From NCBI RefSeq assembly GCF_006345805.1, contig NW_021828600.1, forward strand, positions 1-7,965: a stretch of DNA of 7,965 bases, in the 5' to 3' direction. The first letter of the stretch is position 1; every line of letters begins with the position of its first letter. The translations under genes and the position numbers were made by a program. This stretch comes from Octopus sinensis (lineage: Eukaryota). The notes beneath the pieces were generated by a model. The model did not search any database, had not been told where the DNA came from, and saw only the letters and a list, made by a program, of their open reading frames with translations. Below, piece by piece: positions 7,840 through 7,965 of the stretch.

Positions 7840-7965
7840 CGATTTTTTTTTCCTCTGTCTTCCCTTTCTGGATCTTTCCTTCTCCGTGTTTTCGACGAAG
7901 ATCTCTGCTCGAAACGTTAAACCCTCCTTTCTTTCCTGAGCGTCCAATAATACTATATTGTACCA
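7840..7965 (+). mobile_element. Possible terminal-repeat fragment of a Penelope-like element, probably continuing past the window end
   Basis: Pyrimidine-rich segment carrying the hammerhead-like motif, next to a (TA)n run. The PLE link is inferred from the known association of minimal hammerheads with PLE termini; no RT or GIY-YIG coding is seen. Confidence 0.4.
7888..7922 (+). ncRNA. Degenerate minimal type I hammerhead-like motif (PLE-type)
   Basis: GUUU UCGACGA A GAUC UCU GCUC GAAA C GU U AAAC. Stem I is 4 bp, the core is U3C4G5A6C7G8A9, stem II is 4 bp with one U-C mismatch, and stem III is the palindrome AACGUU. Confidence 0.5.

Overview
AT-rich, microsatellite-dense, non-coding eukaryotic DNA (intronic or intergenic). 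The repeat families and simple-repeat density look like a coleoid cephalopod (Octopus-like) genome; this is my recognition, not a database result. No credible protein-coding gene: every ORF in the track is a microsatellite artefact or lies inside a repeat. The window holds six tRNA-derived SINE copies: four of one CORE-like family, and two that share a head and body but have different 3' tails. It also holds a 512-bp non-autonomous Helitron with textbook ends, many simple repeats, and a ~1.9-kb repeat-free island (about 2180-4060). The most notable signal is two sequence-unrelated minimal type I hammerhead-ribozyme folds of the Penelope-like-element (PLE) kind. One, at 6119-6168 (-), has a compensatory G3-C8 core swap and intact helices. 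The other, at 7888-7922 (+), is degenerate.
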